Source: Candidatus Spongiisociaceae bacterium (lineage in GTDB: Bacteria; Actinomycetota; Acidimicrobiia; Spongiisociales; Spongiisociaceae). From it: a stretch of DNA of 64,000 nt. Location of the stretch: positions 3,328,001 to 3,392,000 of the forward strand of contig CBDCOH010000002.1 of assembly GCA_965219685.1 (NCBI GenBank). The letters are read 5' to 3'. The notes below the pieces were generated by a model that saw nothing but the letters and a program-made list of their open reading frames with translations, was not told the origin of the DNA and searched no databases. A program made the position numbers and the translations under genes. Positions 48,346 through 56,826 of this stretch are shown here, piece by piece (positions within the stretch are counted from its first letter, which is position 1; every line of letters begins with the position of its first letter).

Positions 48346-49479
48346 GTGAGCAGATACAGCAACGACCCCTACCGGACACTTCTCGGTCTGCGACCGTTCA
48401 TAAACGCGTCGGGAAACTCCACCACGCTCGGGGGCAGTGTCATGCCCGGCAAGGTGGTCGACGCAATGGCCGCCGCGGCCCGATCCTTCATCGATCTGAA
48501 CGCCCTGCACGAGAAGGCGGGAGAGAAGTTGGCCGAGATGATCGGTGTAGAAGCCGCCTTCATTTCGTGCGGCGCTTCCAGCGGCGTGGCGATGTGCGCC
48601 GCCGCCTGCATGACCGGAGGAGACCCGGAAAGGGTTGCAAGCCTGCCGCATACGGAGGCGTTTGCAGACGAGTTCGTGATCAGCCTCATAGACCCCCACG
48701 TTTTCGTTCACCAGGGCATCGAATCGGTCGGCGGCAAGCTGGTCAGGGTAGGTAGCCGTACCGACGTGACCATCGCCGATATGGTGGCCGCCATTGGTCC
48801 GCGCACCGCGGCCGTGGTGCTGTTCTACGGTCTGCAGTCCCGCCAGGACCTGGCCGAGTTGGCTTCGGCTGCTTCGGCGCTCGGCGTTCCGGTCATCGTC
48901 GACGCCGCCGCCCAGCTCCCGCCCCGTTCCAACCTGACCTCGCTCCTCGATCTGGGAGCTTCCCTGGTCGCCTTCAGCGGCGGCAAGGCGATCAGAGGGC
49001 CGCAGAGCACCGGCCTGGTCCTCGGGCGAGCCGACCTGGTGGAGGCGGTCAGGCTCAACGCCAACCCCTTCACGGCCATCGGCCGCGGCATGAAGGTGGG
49101 CAAGGAGGAGATCGTGGGCCTGCTGGCCGCGGTCGAACTCTTCCTGGCCGCGGATGAAGAGGAGGAACTGGCGGGCTGGCGCCGGGACCTGGAGGGCATC
49201 GCCGCCAGGCTCAACGAACTCGACGGCGTACGCGCCGAGGTCGGATCCAAGGGGCACGCAGCGGCACCCGCCGCAGTCGCTCGTGGGTACGTCACGTTGG
49301 ATCCCGACCGAACACCGCCGGCCGCATCGATCATCGAGGACCTGCTGGCCGGGGAGCCTTCGATAGCGCTACGGGCCGATGCAGACGCCATCGTGATCGA
49401 TCCGATGACCATGCTGCCGGGCGACGCCGAGGTGGTGGCCCGGCGGATGGCGGAAGTTATTGTTGGCGTTAGGCGTTAG
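48346..49479 (+). CDS. SelA-like PLP-dependent enzyme (DgaE-type)
   Basis: INASG..T.LGGS, VDAAA, FSGGKAIRGPQSTG, IGRGMKVGKEEI. Confidence 0.88.
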   Translation: MSRYSNDPYRTLLGLRPFINASGNSTTLGGSVMPGKVVDAMAAAARSFIDLNALHEKAGEKLAEMIGVEAAFISCGASSGVAMCAAACMTGGDPERVASLPHTEAFADEFVISLIDPHVFVHQGIESVGGKLVRVGSRTDVTIADMVAAIGPRTAAVVLFYGLQSRQDLAELASAASALGVPVIVDAAAQLPPRSNLTSLLDLGASLVAFSGGKAIRGPQSTGLVLGRADLVEAVRLNANPFTAIGRGMKVGKEEIVGLLAAVELFLAADEEEELAGWRRDLEGIAARLNELDGVRAEVGSKGHAAAPAAVARGYVTLDPDRTPPAASIIEDLLAGEPSIALRADADAIVIDPMTMLPGDAEVVARRMAEVIVGVRR

Positions 49480-49517
49480 GCGTTAGGCGTTAGGCGTTAG
49501 GCGTTAGGCGTTAGGCG
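49465..49517. repeat. Perfect heptamer array (GGCGTTA)x7 supplying the stop codon of the SelA-like gene
   Basis: Seven perfect units plus a partial; last codons GVRR* lie inside the array. Confidence 0.95.
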
Positions 49518-49590
49518 GCGGTTGGGCTCTCTCTTCCCTCTCGGCCCGAATCGGTAGCGTTGCGGTTTCCCCGCGTTTTCTTGGCAAATC

Positions 49591-49639
49591 AGTTTGCATT
49601 GCAAACTCTCGGCCTCTAAGGTGGTTTGCAGCACAAACT
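49591..49639. promoter_or_regulatory. Tandem palindromic operator sites upstream of a membrane protein / wHTH regulator pair
   Basis: AGTTTGCA-T-TGCAAACT (49591-49607, perfect) and GGTTTGCA-G-CACAAACT (49623-49639). Confidence 0.75.
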
Positions 49640-49682
49640 ATGCGGTGGGCCAGGCCCGCCTGACTTGAGACGGAGGTGCATT

Positions 49683-50315
49683 ATGGGAGGACAGGACGGC
49701 GGGACTGCCGCCCTCACGCCTGAAGAGAGTTGGGGCACGATCCACGAAACACTGGACCGGACGCGTAGCTCGATCTACGTCGCCGGAGCGTCGACAATCC
49801 TGATCCTCTGGGGGGTCATAGTCGCTCTCGGATACTTCTGGCAGTACGCCTACCAGACATTGGCCGGCGATCTCTTCGCGGGCCGCCCCTGGATTCCCTT
49901 GCCGATCTGGATAGCACTCGGAATCGGGGGAATGGTGGGAAGCGGCATCATCAGCCACCGCGCCACGCGCAGGCTTGCCCCCGGGGTCGACCTGCGGCAA
50001 GCGGGAATCCGGGTGGGTCTCTTCTGGCTGGCGGTCGTGACCGCGTCGTTCCTCCTTCCGGGCGCGGCCGGTTTGTGGAACGCGGAGTTGGCCGCCCGGA
50101 TACCCTATGTCGTGGTCGGCGTGATAGGACTCGGATACGTCCTGTTCGGCATCATGTTCCGTCCGGCCTTGGCGATGGTGGGTCTGGGTATCGCCGCCTC
50201 CTTCTACCTTCCCAACTACCTGGCCGGCGATGTCGCGCCGGCCTTGTCGGGAGCAGCGACATTGGTGGTGGCAGGACTTGGCTGGGCGTGGATCCGAAGG
50301 ACAGACGTGGCGTGA
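49683..50315 (+). CDS. Multi-TM membrane protein of unknown function
   Basis: About six hydrophobic segments, GGAGG RBS, overlaps the regulator start. Confidence 0.75.
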   Translation: MGGQDGGTAALTPEESWGTIHETLDRTRSSIYVAGASTILILWGVIVALGYFWQYAYQTLAGDLFAGRPWIPLPIWIALGIGGMVGSGIISHRATRRLAPGVDLRQAGIRVGLFWLAVVTASFLLPGAAGLWNAELAARIPYVVVGVIGLGYVLFGIMFRPALAMVGLGIAASFYLPNYLAGDVAPALSGAATLVVAGLGWAWIRRTDVA

Positions 50316-50638
50316 CCGCAGAACCCATCGTCTTGAACGAGACCATCCACCAATCCACACGGCTGCGGATAATGTCCATGCTGGTCTCCCAGCCTGAGAC
50401 CGACCGGCTCACCTACGGGTTCATCCAGAAGACGCTGCATCTCACGGGTGGGAACCTGACAACCCATCTGCGGAAACTCGAGAGCGCAGGCTACCTGGTC
50501 ACCGCCAAGGAGTTCCTCGACTCCAAGCCTCGCACATGGGTCAGGGCGACACCGGAGGGCCGCCGAGCGTTCGCCGAGCATCTTGCCAACCTGGACAAGG
50601 CCCTCAACCTCCGGCGGGCACTGGCGGGTGACCGGTAA
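50312..50638 (+). CDS. Winged-helix transcriptional regulator (HTH_34/ArsR-like)
   Basis: IHQSTRLRIM, LTGGNLTTHLRKLESAGY, K.F...PRTW...T.EGR.AF. Confidence 0.9.
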   Translation: MTAEPIVLNETIHQSTRLRIMSMLVSQPETDRLTYGFIQKTLHLTGGNLTTHLRKLESAGYLVTAKEFLDSKPRTWVRATPEGRRAFAEHLANLDKALNLRRALAGDR

Positions 50639-50813
50639 CGGCTTCCAAGACAAAGACGTTGTAGCCGCCGGTGTCCAGCAACGCCGAACCCTGCAACTAT
50701 CATAAGAAATGTGTATGGATGCTACAAAATAGATAAATATATCTGAATCCACCTGCGCCGTTCGTCTCCCATCAATATGATTTCGCGAGGAGCGCTACGA
50801 GGGAGGGTATCGA

Positions 50814-51416
50814 ATGAGCGCCATCCAAGACGGTCTACGACTCAAGACAGCTTTCACGACAGCAGCCTGGGTCCTGATCCCGGTCGCCATCGGGATCAAC
50901 CTCATCGGAAGGTACTTCGCCCAGACCTTGAACCTGCCGCTGTTCATCGACACGACCGGCACCACGATGGCGGCCTTCCTGGCCGGCCCCTGGGTTGCCG
51001 CAGTCGCCGGGGTGCTCACGAACCTCGTGATCGGGCTCACGCTCGAAGCGACGTCGATTCCATTCGGTATCGTCAACGCGGCTATCGGCATTGTGGCCGG
51101 TGTCATGGCAGCGCATGGATTCCTTCGCTCCACGGGCAAGGTGATCTGGCTGATACTGGCCTTGACCGCTACCACCATCATCACCGCCACGCCCATCGTG
51201 GTGCTCGTTTTCGAAGGCGTCTCCGGGTCAGGCGTCGACGTGGTCACCGGCTTCTTCGTGGCATCCGGGCAAGGAATCGTCGAATCGGTTATCGGTCAGC
51301 AACTGCTCACGACTCCGGGCGACAAGGTGCTCACGGTGCTCCTGTCCTTCATCTTGATAAAGGGAGTTCCGGCACGCTACCGGCCCCCGTTCGGCCGAGA
51401 AGTCGTTCCGTTCTAG
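50814..51416 (+). CDS. ECF transporter S component
   Basis: LIPVAIGIN, LPLFIDTTGT, GPW, TPI...F.G..G.G, DK. Confidence 0.85.
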   Translation: MSAIQDGLRLKTAFTTAAWVLIPVAIGINLIGRYFAQTLNLPLFIDTTGTTMAAFLAGPWVAAVAGVLTNLVIGLTLEATSIPFGIVNAAIGIVAGVMAAHGFLRSTGKVIWLILALTATTIITATPIVVLVFEGVSGSGVDVVTGFFVASGQGIVESVIGQQLLTTPGDKVLTVLLSFILIKGVPARYRPPFGREVVPF

Positions 51417-51705
51417 GAAGGTACTGAGGAACCGCCGGCTGGCCCGACGGTCGATGGCAACCCACATGTCAGCGGACGGCGGGCCACCGGCATTCCTTGT
51501 TTCTCAGCACCCTTCTGACCGGCTAGTGGTCACCCTGTGAAGCAGCGGCACGGAGTGCACGGCGACGGCTCTCCGGGACAGACCCGCCTGTGAAGGCGTG
51601 CGGGGAACGGAACGTCGAGGCAGCGGAACGCAGCGCTGGGCTTCGCCGGTCGGCAGCACGGGCCGGTCCGCCTGGCGGGCAGACCACCCGAACCACGACG
51701 CGGTA

Positions 51706-52497
51706 GTGGAAGCCGACACGACCGCTTGGTCCCCGGCGCGATTAGCCGCGCTGTACGAGGTCGGGAGCACCTGGCTCCACCGGGTGCATCCCCTGACCAA
51801 GCTGGCCGCAGTGCTTCCACTATCGGTTGCGGGATTCGCCGGCGACACGGTTCGGGTTCCCGCAGTCCTCTTGCTGGCGGCGGCAGTGATCCTCATCGTG
51901 ACCCGTCTGGGTTCGGTCGTGCTGAAATCACTCCGGCTCATCGCACCGATGACATTCGCCCTCTTCGTGATACACGGGGTGGTCCGCCCTTACGATTCGG
52001 AACCTATCGCCAGCTGGGGCCCCATCTCGATCAACGCCGAAGGACTGGCCCTCGCCGGAACCACCGCCGCGCGCCTGGCGGTGTTCGTCGTCGCGGTGAC
52101 CGCCGCGATGGCGACCGTACACCCCAAGGTCTTCGCCACGGCCCTGATCCAGCGAGGTGTCTCGCACAAGCTTGCCTACGCGTATCTAGCCGGGGCAGAA
52201 TTGCTCCCGGAGATGCGGCTCCGGGCTTCCCAGATCCTCGATGCCCAGCAGTCGCGCGGCTTCGACACGAAGGGCAGTTTGCCGCGACGTCTCCGGACCC
52301 TCTTCGCACTGCTAAAGCCCCTGCTGGTCAGTTCCCTGATCGGGGTTGAGATGAGGACCCTGGCCCTCGAATCAAGGGGGTTCGCCCGACCCGGGCGCCG
52401 GACCTCCGCCGTGGAGGTGGAAGATCGGGGGAGGTGGCTCCAGAGGGCGCTCCTGCTGGCTGCGATCCCGCTGGTCGTCCTGGCCATCCTATGGTGA
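51706..52497 (+). CDS. ECF transporter T component (start uncertain)
   Basis: SWLHRVHPLTK-like N-motif, AQQSRG and ALESRGF X-R-X motifs. Confidence 0.85.
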   Translation: MEADTTAWSPARLAALYEVGSTWLHRVHPLTKLAAVLPLSVAGFAGDTVRVPAVLLLAAAVILIVTRLGSVVLKSLRLIAPMTFALFVIHGVVRPYDSEPIASWGPISINAEGLALAGTTAARLAVFVVAVTAAMATVHPKVFATALIQRGVSHKLAYAYLAGAELLPEMRLRASQILDAQQSRGFDTKGSLPRRLRTLFALLKPLLVSSLIGVEMRTLALESRGFARPGRRTSAVEVEDRGRWLQRALLLAAIPLVVLAILW

Positions 52498-53399
52498 GCG
52501 GCGCTCGCTCCCCGGACTCCAACGGGTCGGGGACCGCGGCATTTGCGAGGTTCGAGGGGTTCGGCGTCACTTACGCCACCGCTTCCGAGCCCTCGCTGAC
52601 CGGGGTGACCCTCGAGCTCTACAGCGACCGGCTCGCCCTCGTCACCGGGCCCTCCGGGAGCGGAAAGTCCACGCTGGCGCGGATCGTGGCCGGGTTCGTT
52701 CCGAGGCTGCTGCACGGGCAGGTGGAGGGCTCGGCACACGTGCTCGGTCACGACGTGGAATCCGCCGCGCCGCACGCGATCATCGAGTCCATAGGCATGG
52801 TGTTCGACAACCCCTTCGACCAGCTGACCGCCGCCACCAGGACGGTGTTCGACGAGACCGCCTACGCCTTGGAGAACGAGGGACTACCCCCTGCCGAGAT
52901 CGTCATCAGGGTTATGGGGGCCTTGGAGAACGTCGGGCTGGCCGAGATGGCCGGCCACCACCCCCGCCGCCTCTCGGGCGGCCAATCGCAGCGGCTGGCG
53001 ATAGCGTGCGCTCTGGCCCAGCAGAAGCCGATCCTGGTCCTCGACGACCCGACCTCCCAGCTCGATCCCACCGGAACCGCGGAGGTCGTGTCCATGGTCA
53101 AGAAGTTGCGGAGGGAGCACACGACGGTGGTACTGGTAGCCCAGGACCTGAGCCACTGGCTGGCCATCGCCGACCGGCTGATCATCCTGGACGAGGGTCG
53201 TGTGACGGCGGACGGGAACCCTGCTTCCCTCCTCGCCGACCCGGGGCCGCTTGCCGGAAAGGTCCTGATCCCTCGCTACGTCGCTATCTGGACCGAGTTG
53301 AGCAGCCGCGGGATGGAACTGGGTGATCGCGCGCCCCTCGGGACGGAACAGTTGCTGGAGTCACTCCGAGCCTCGGGCGGCGCCGGAGGATCGGAGTGA
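52491..53399 (+). CDS. ECF ATPase (EcfA) with degenerate Walker B and H-switch
   Basis: GPSGSGKST, LSGGQ, LDDPTSQLDP, VAQD. Confidence 0.88.
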   Translation: MVSGARSPDSNGSGTAAFARFEGFGVTYATASEPSLTGVTLELYSDRLALVTGPSGSGKSTLARIVAGFVPRLLHGQVEGSAHVLGHDVESAAPHAIIESIGMVFDNPFDQLTAATRTVFDETAYALENEGLPPAEIVIRVMGALENVGLAEMAGHHPRRLSGGQSQRLAIACALAQQKPILVLDDPTSQLDPTGTAEVVSMVKKLRREHTTVVLVAQDLSHWLAIADRLIILDEGRVTADGNPASLLADPGPLAGKVLIPRYVAIWTELSSRGMELGDRAPLGTEQLLESLRASGGAGGSE

Positions 53400-54202
53400 T
53401 CCGGCTTCGCGATGTCAGCTACACCTACCCGAAGGGTGTCGAGGCGATACGTGGACTGAGCCTCGACGTGTCCGTCGGCGAGATCCTGTTCGTGCTAGGG
53501 CACAACGGCGCCGGAAAGTCGACGATGCTCCGCCTTTTCAACGGTCTACTCAAGCCCACCACCGGTACGGTGACGGTCGACGGCACCGACACGGCGAAGG
53601 TGAGACCCGCCCAACTCGCGCGTAGCGTCGGTCTGGTGTTCCAGAATCCCGACGCCCAGTTGTTCCGTGACCGGGTCTCGGACGAGGTGTCGTTCGGAGC
53701 CGACCATGGCGCCGGAACGGCGGATTCGACGCAACGCTTCGATCAGGCGATGGCTCTTCTCGGACTCGAGTCGGTGGCGGATCGCAACCCCTACGATCTC
53801 TCCCTCTCGTGGCGCAAGCGGGTGGCCATCGCGTCGGTCGTCGCCATGGGCAGCCCGATCTTGGTGCTCGACGAGCCTACGGGCGGCCAGGACGCCGAAG
53901 GAACCCGTGTTCTCACCGACCTCGTCATGGACAGGCGCCGTCACGGTCACGGTTGCGTGGTGGTCACCCACGACGTGGACCTGGCCTTCGACTGTGCCGA
54001 CCGGGTGGTGGTGATGAGAGAAGGCGAGATCCATCTAGAAGGCGACCCGATGACCGTGCTCGGCGATCCGCTCCTGGCGGCGGCCGGTGTCGAACCTTCA
54101 ACGATGCACCGTGTCTCGCAGGGGCTGGGACTGGATCGACCGGTCCGTACAGTGGACGAACTGGAAGAACACCTCAGATCCGCAGGAGGCACAACTCCAT
54201 GA
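53396..54202 (+). CDS. ECF ATPase (EcfA') with degenerate signature motif
   Basis: GHNGAGKST, FQNPD.Q, LSLSW, LDEPT, VTHD. Confidence 0.9.
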   Translation: MIRLRDVSYTYPKGVEAIRGLSLDVSVGEILFVLGHNGAGKSTMLRLFNGLLKPTTGTVTVDGTDTAKVRPAQLARSVGLVFQNPDAQLFRDRVSDEVSFGADHGAGTADSTQRFDQAMALLGLESVADRNPYDLSLSWRKRVAIASVVAMGSPILVLDEPTGGQDAEGTRVLTDLVMDRRRHGHGCVVVTHDVDLAFDCADRVVVMREGEIHLEGDPMTVLGDPLLAAAGVEPSTMHRVSQGLGLDRPVRTVDELEEHLRSAGGTTP

Positions 54203-54990
54203 GCTTCGATCCGCTGAGCACCGACAAGCCGCAGCACCATATCCGATGCCTCCCGGGCGATGTGGCCGACAAGGTCCTCCTACCCGGTGACCCCAAGAGA
54301 GCGGAGCGGATAGCAGAGTTGCTCGACGACGCCCGCCACATCGCCACCAATCGCGAGTACGCCACCTACACGGGGACCTATCGAGGCATGCCGGTGTCCG
54401 TGACGTCGACCGGCATCGGTTGCCCTTCTGCGGCCATCGCCATCGAGGAACTCACCAGCGTGGGCGCCAGAACCCTGATCCGCGTCGGAACCAGCGGTTC
54501 GATGACGCCCGACGTGCAACCCGGTGAGGTGATCGTCGGGACGGGGGCCATACGGGAGGAGGGGACCGGGACGTCGTACCTTCCCATCGAATACCCGGCC
54601 GTGGCCGACCTCGACATGACGATCTGCCTGCGGGCCGCAGCCCTGGAACTCGGGCTGCCGGTGCGGTCGGGCGTTCTCCATTCCAAGGACTCGTTCTACT
54701 CGCACCGGACTCCGGACCGGGTGCCGGTGGCGCAGGAGATGCTGGGGAAGCGGGCCGCGTGGAGAGCGGGTGGGGCCCTCGCATCGGAGATGGAGACCTC
54801 CACGCTGTTTATCCTCGGATCCATGCTGCGGTTGAGGACAGGCTCCATATGTATGGTCGCCAGTTCGCATGATGCGGCTACCCGCCTGCCGCCTGCGGAG
54901 GCGGCGGCGCTGGTCGACAAGGTGATATTCGCCGCGCTCGATGCCCTGGTCATGGTCGAGTCACCGGGCAAGGGAGGCAACTCCGGATGA
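54199..54990 (+). CDS. udp: Uridine/nucleoside phosphorylase (PNP_UDP_1 family)
   Basis: QHHI, LPGDP.R, NREY, STGIGCPS..IA.EEL, IRVGT.G, DSFY, EME. Confidence 0.88.
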   Translation: MSFDPLSTDKPQHHIRCLPGDVADKVLLPGDPKRAERIAELLDDARHIATNREYATYTGTYRGMPVSVTSTGIGCPSAAIAIEELTSVGARTLIRVGTSGSMTPDVQPGEVIVGTGAIREEGTGTSYLPIEYPAVADLDMTICLRAAALELGLPVRSGVLHSKDSFYSHRTPDRVPVAQEMLGKRAAWRAGGALASEMETSTLFILGSMLRLRTGSICMVASSHDAATRLPPAEAAALVDKVIFAALDALVMVESPGKGGNSG

Positions 54991-55991
54991 CCACCCGGAT
55001 CGACGTCCACACCCACTTCTACCCCACTTCCTACCTGGCCGCCCTGGAACGACGGAGCGACATCCCGCGCGTCTACCGGGACGGCGCTGTCAGACGGTTC
55101 GTGATCTTCCCGGAGGAGGATGCCGACCCGCGCATAGGTCGCCCCATCGAGGACGGGTGGTGCACCGTCGCGGGGAAGGTCGGCTTCATGGACGAAAAGG
55201 CCATCTCACGCTCCGTCATCTCGCTCGGCAACCCCTGGATGGAGCCGTTCGAGGGTCAGCAGGGGATCGAACTGACACGAGTGGTCAACGACGAGTTAGG
55301 CGCCCTGGAGGAGACGACGGATGGGCGGATGGTGGGTCTCGGAGCCCTCCCCGCAACCAGTGTCGAGGATGTCGTGGCGGAGATCGCGGCCATCGACCGG
55401 CACCCGAGCCTGCGCGGAATCGTGACGGGCCCCCGGATCGCGCAACTCCGGCTGGACGATCCGGAGTTGGAACCGGTCTGGGCGGAACTGGAGTCGCGGG
55501 ACGTCCCCGTGTTGTTGCACCCCCAGGACGGTATCGCCCTCGACCTCCTGGAAGGCTACGGACACGTCCTGCCCGTCGGGGTGGGTTTCCCGATGGAGAC
55601 CACCGCAGTGGTGAGCCGCCTCGTGTTCGGCGGCGTTCTCCACAACCACCCCGATCTCAAGATGATCGTCTCGCACGGTGGGGGGACGCTGTCGGCCCTG
55701 GTAGGGCGGCTCGACGCTGCCTGGCGATCGGACGAGATCGGCCGGTCCCGCCTTCCCGAACCCCCATCCAGGTCGATCGCCCGGCTCTACGTCGACGCCA
55801 TCACCTACGCACCGGGTCCGCTGCACGCATCCATCGCCATGGTCGGTAGCGAACGGGTCATGTTCGGCACCGATCACCCCTTCTCCATCGAGGATGCCGA
55901 AGCAACTGCGGACGCCATGGGTGCGGTCGACGAGATCGCCCGCGAGTCGATCTTCGCAGGCACCGCCTCCGCCCTCTTCCGATTGACCTGA
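54987..55991 (+). CDS. Amidohydrolase_2 decarboxylase, uracil-5-carboxylate (iso-orotate) decarboxylase-like
   Basis: DVHTHFYP.SY, GRP, SVISLGNPW, LHP, YGHVLP..GFPMETT, HGGGTL, FGTDHPF. Confidence 0.8.
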   Translation: MTTRIDVHTHFYPTSYLAALERRSDIPRVYRDGAVRRFVIFPEEDADPRIGRPIEDGWCTVAGKVGFMDEKAISRSVISLGNPWMEPFEGQQGIELTRVVNDELGALEETTDGRMVGLGALPATSVEDVVAEIAAIDRHPSLRGIVTGPRIAQLRLDDPELEPVWAELESRDVPVLLHPQDGIALDLLEGYGHVLPVGVGFPMETTAVVSRLVFGGVLHNHPDLKMIVSHGGGTLSALVGRLDAAWRSDEIGRSRLPEPPSRSIARLYVDAITYAPGPLHASIAMVGSERVMFGTDHPFSIEDAEATADAMGAVDEIARESIFAGTASALFRLT

Positions 55992-56065
55992 CGATCGAGA
56001 AGCTGCCTGACCAATCGGCCAATCGAGCGGCAGCCCCGACAGGGTTGCGTAGCTAGTTGGTCAAG

Positions 56066-56080
56066 TCTGATCTAGTCAGA
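56066..56080. promoter_or_regulatory. Putative toxin-antitoxin autoregulatory operator
   Basis: TCTGA-TCTAG-TCAGA inverted repeat ending 13 bp upstream of the antitoxin ATG. Confidence 0.45.
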
Positions 56081-56093
56081 TAAACTGGCCTGT

Positions 56094-56327
56094 ATGATCG
56101 TCAACGTTTACGAGGCCAAGACCCATTTCTCCAAGCTCCTCGACCGTGTTCTGAACGGTGAGGAGATCGTGATAGGTCGGGCGGGGAGGCCCGTCGCCCG
56201 ACTAGTTCCCTTCGTCGCGAAGCGAACTCCAAGGGTGCCGGGCAGGCTGGCCGGCAAGATCGTCATGGCTGAGGACTTCGACGCGACACCCGGCTGGCTG
56301 CTCGACGCTTTCGAGGGCCGGGAGTGA
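56094..56327 (+). CDS. vapB: Type II TA antitoxin, Phd/YefM family
   Basis: NVYEAKTHFSKLL...GEEIVI.RAGRPVARLVP, DFD. Confidence 0.93.
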   Translation: MIVNVYEAKTHFSKLLDRVLNGEEIVIGRAGRPVARLVPFVAKRTPRVPGRLAGKIVMAEDFDATPGWLLDAFEGRE

Positions 56328-56695
56328 ATCTACTGCTGGACACCCACACCGCGTTGTGGTGGTTCAGCAACGAGGGTCTCTTCACAGGAGGGGCGGATGC
56401 CATCGCGGATCCCAACAACCTCGTTTACGTAAGCGTGGCCAGCATCTGGGAGGTCAGCATCAAGCAGACCATCGGCAAACTCGCCATCAGTGATGAGTTC
56501 TACACGTTTGTCTACGAGGACTTCGAGCCTCTTCATATCACCATCTCAGACGCCCGAGCAGCCGGTGCCCTGCCGCGACACCACCGCGATCCGTTCGACA
56601 GGATGCTTGTCGCGCAGGCTCTTGCGCGCGACCTGACGCTGGTGAGTCGGGATCGGGCGTTGAGCCAGTATGGGGTCAAGTTGATGAGAGCCTGA
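56324..56695 (+). CDS. vapC: Type II TA toxin, PIN domain
   Basis: LLDTH, SIWE..IK, HRDPFDRMLVAQA; GTGA overlap with the antitoxin. Confidence 0.94.
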   Translation: MNLLLDTHTALWWFSNEGLFTGGADAIADPNNLVYVSVASIWEVSIKQTIGKLAISDEFYTFVYEDFEPLHITISDARAAGALPRHHRDPFDRMLVAQALARDLTLVSRDRALSQYGVKLMRA

Positions 56696-56826
56696 ACCGG
56701 GTTCGATACCTCCCAGGATGTGTTGTGGGCGCAGCCCGGAAGGCGTAACTCCCTACAAGGCCCCTTACCGTCGACACGTGGCCCGAAAAACTCCTACAAT
56801 GGCCACCCTCCGGCAACCGGCAACGG

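Noticed and set aside
48346-49479. Selenocysteine synthase selA
   Set aside because: Too short, no selB/selC/selD nearby, and the motifs fit the DgaE-like branch.
50731-50744. AGATA-AATA-TATCT palindrome upstream of the ECF operon
   Set aside because: Five-bp arms in an AT-rich promoter with no cognate regulator identified; too weak to call.
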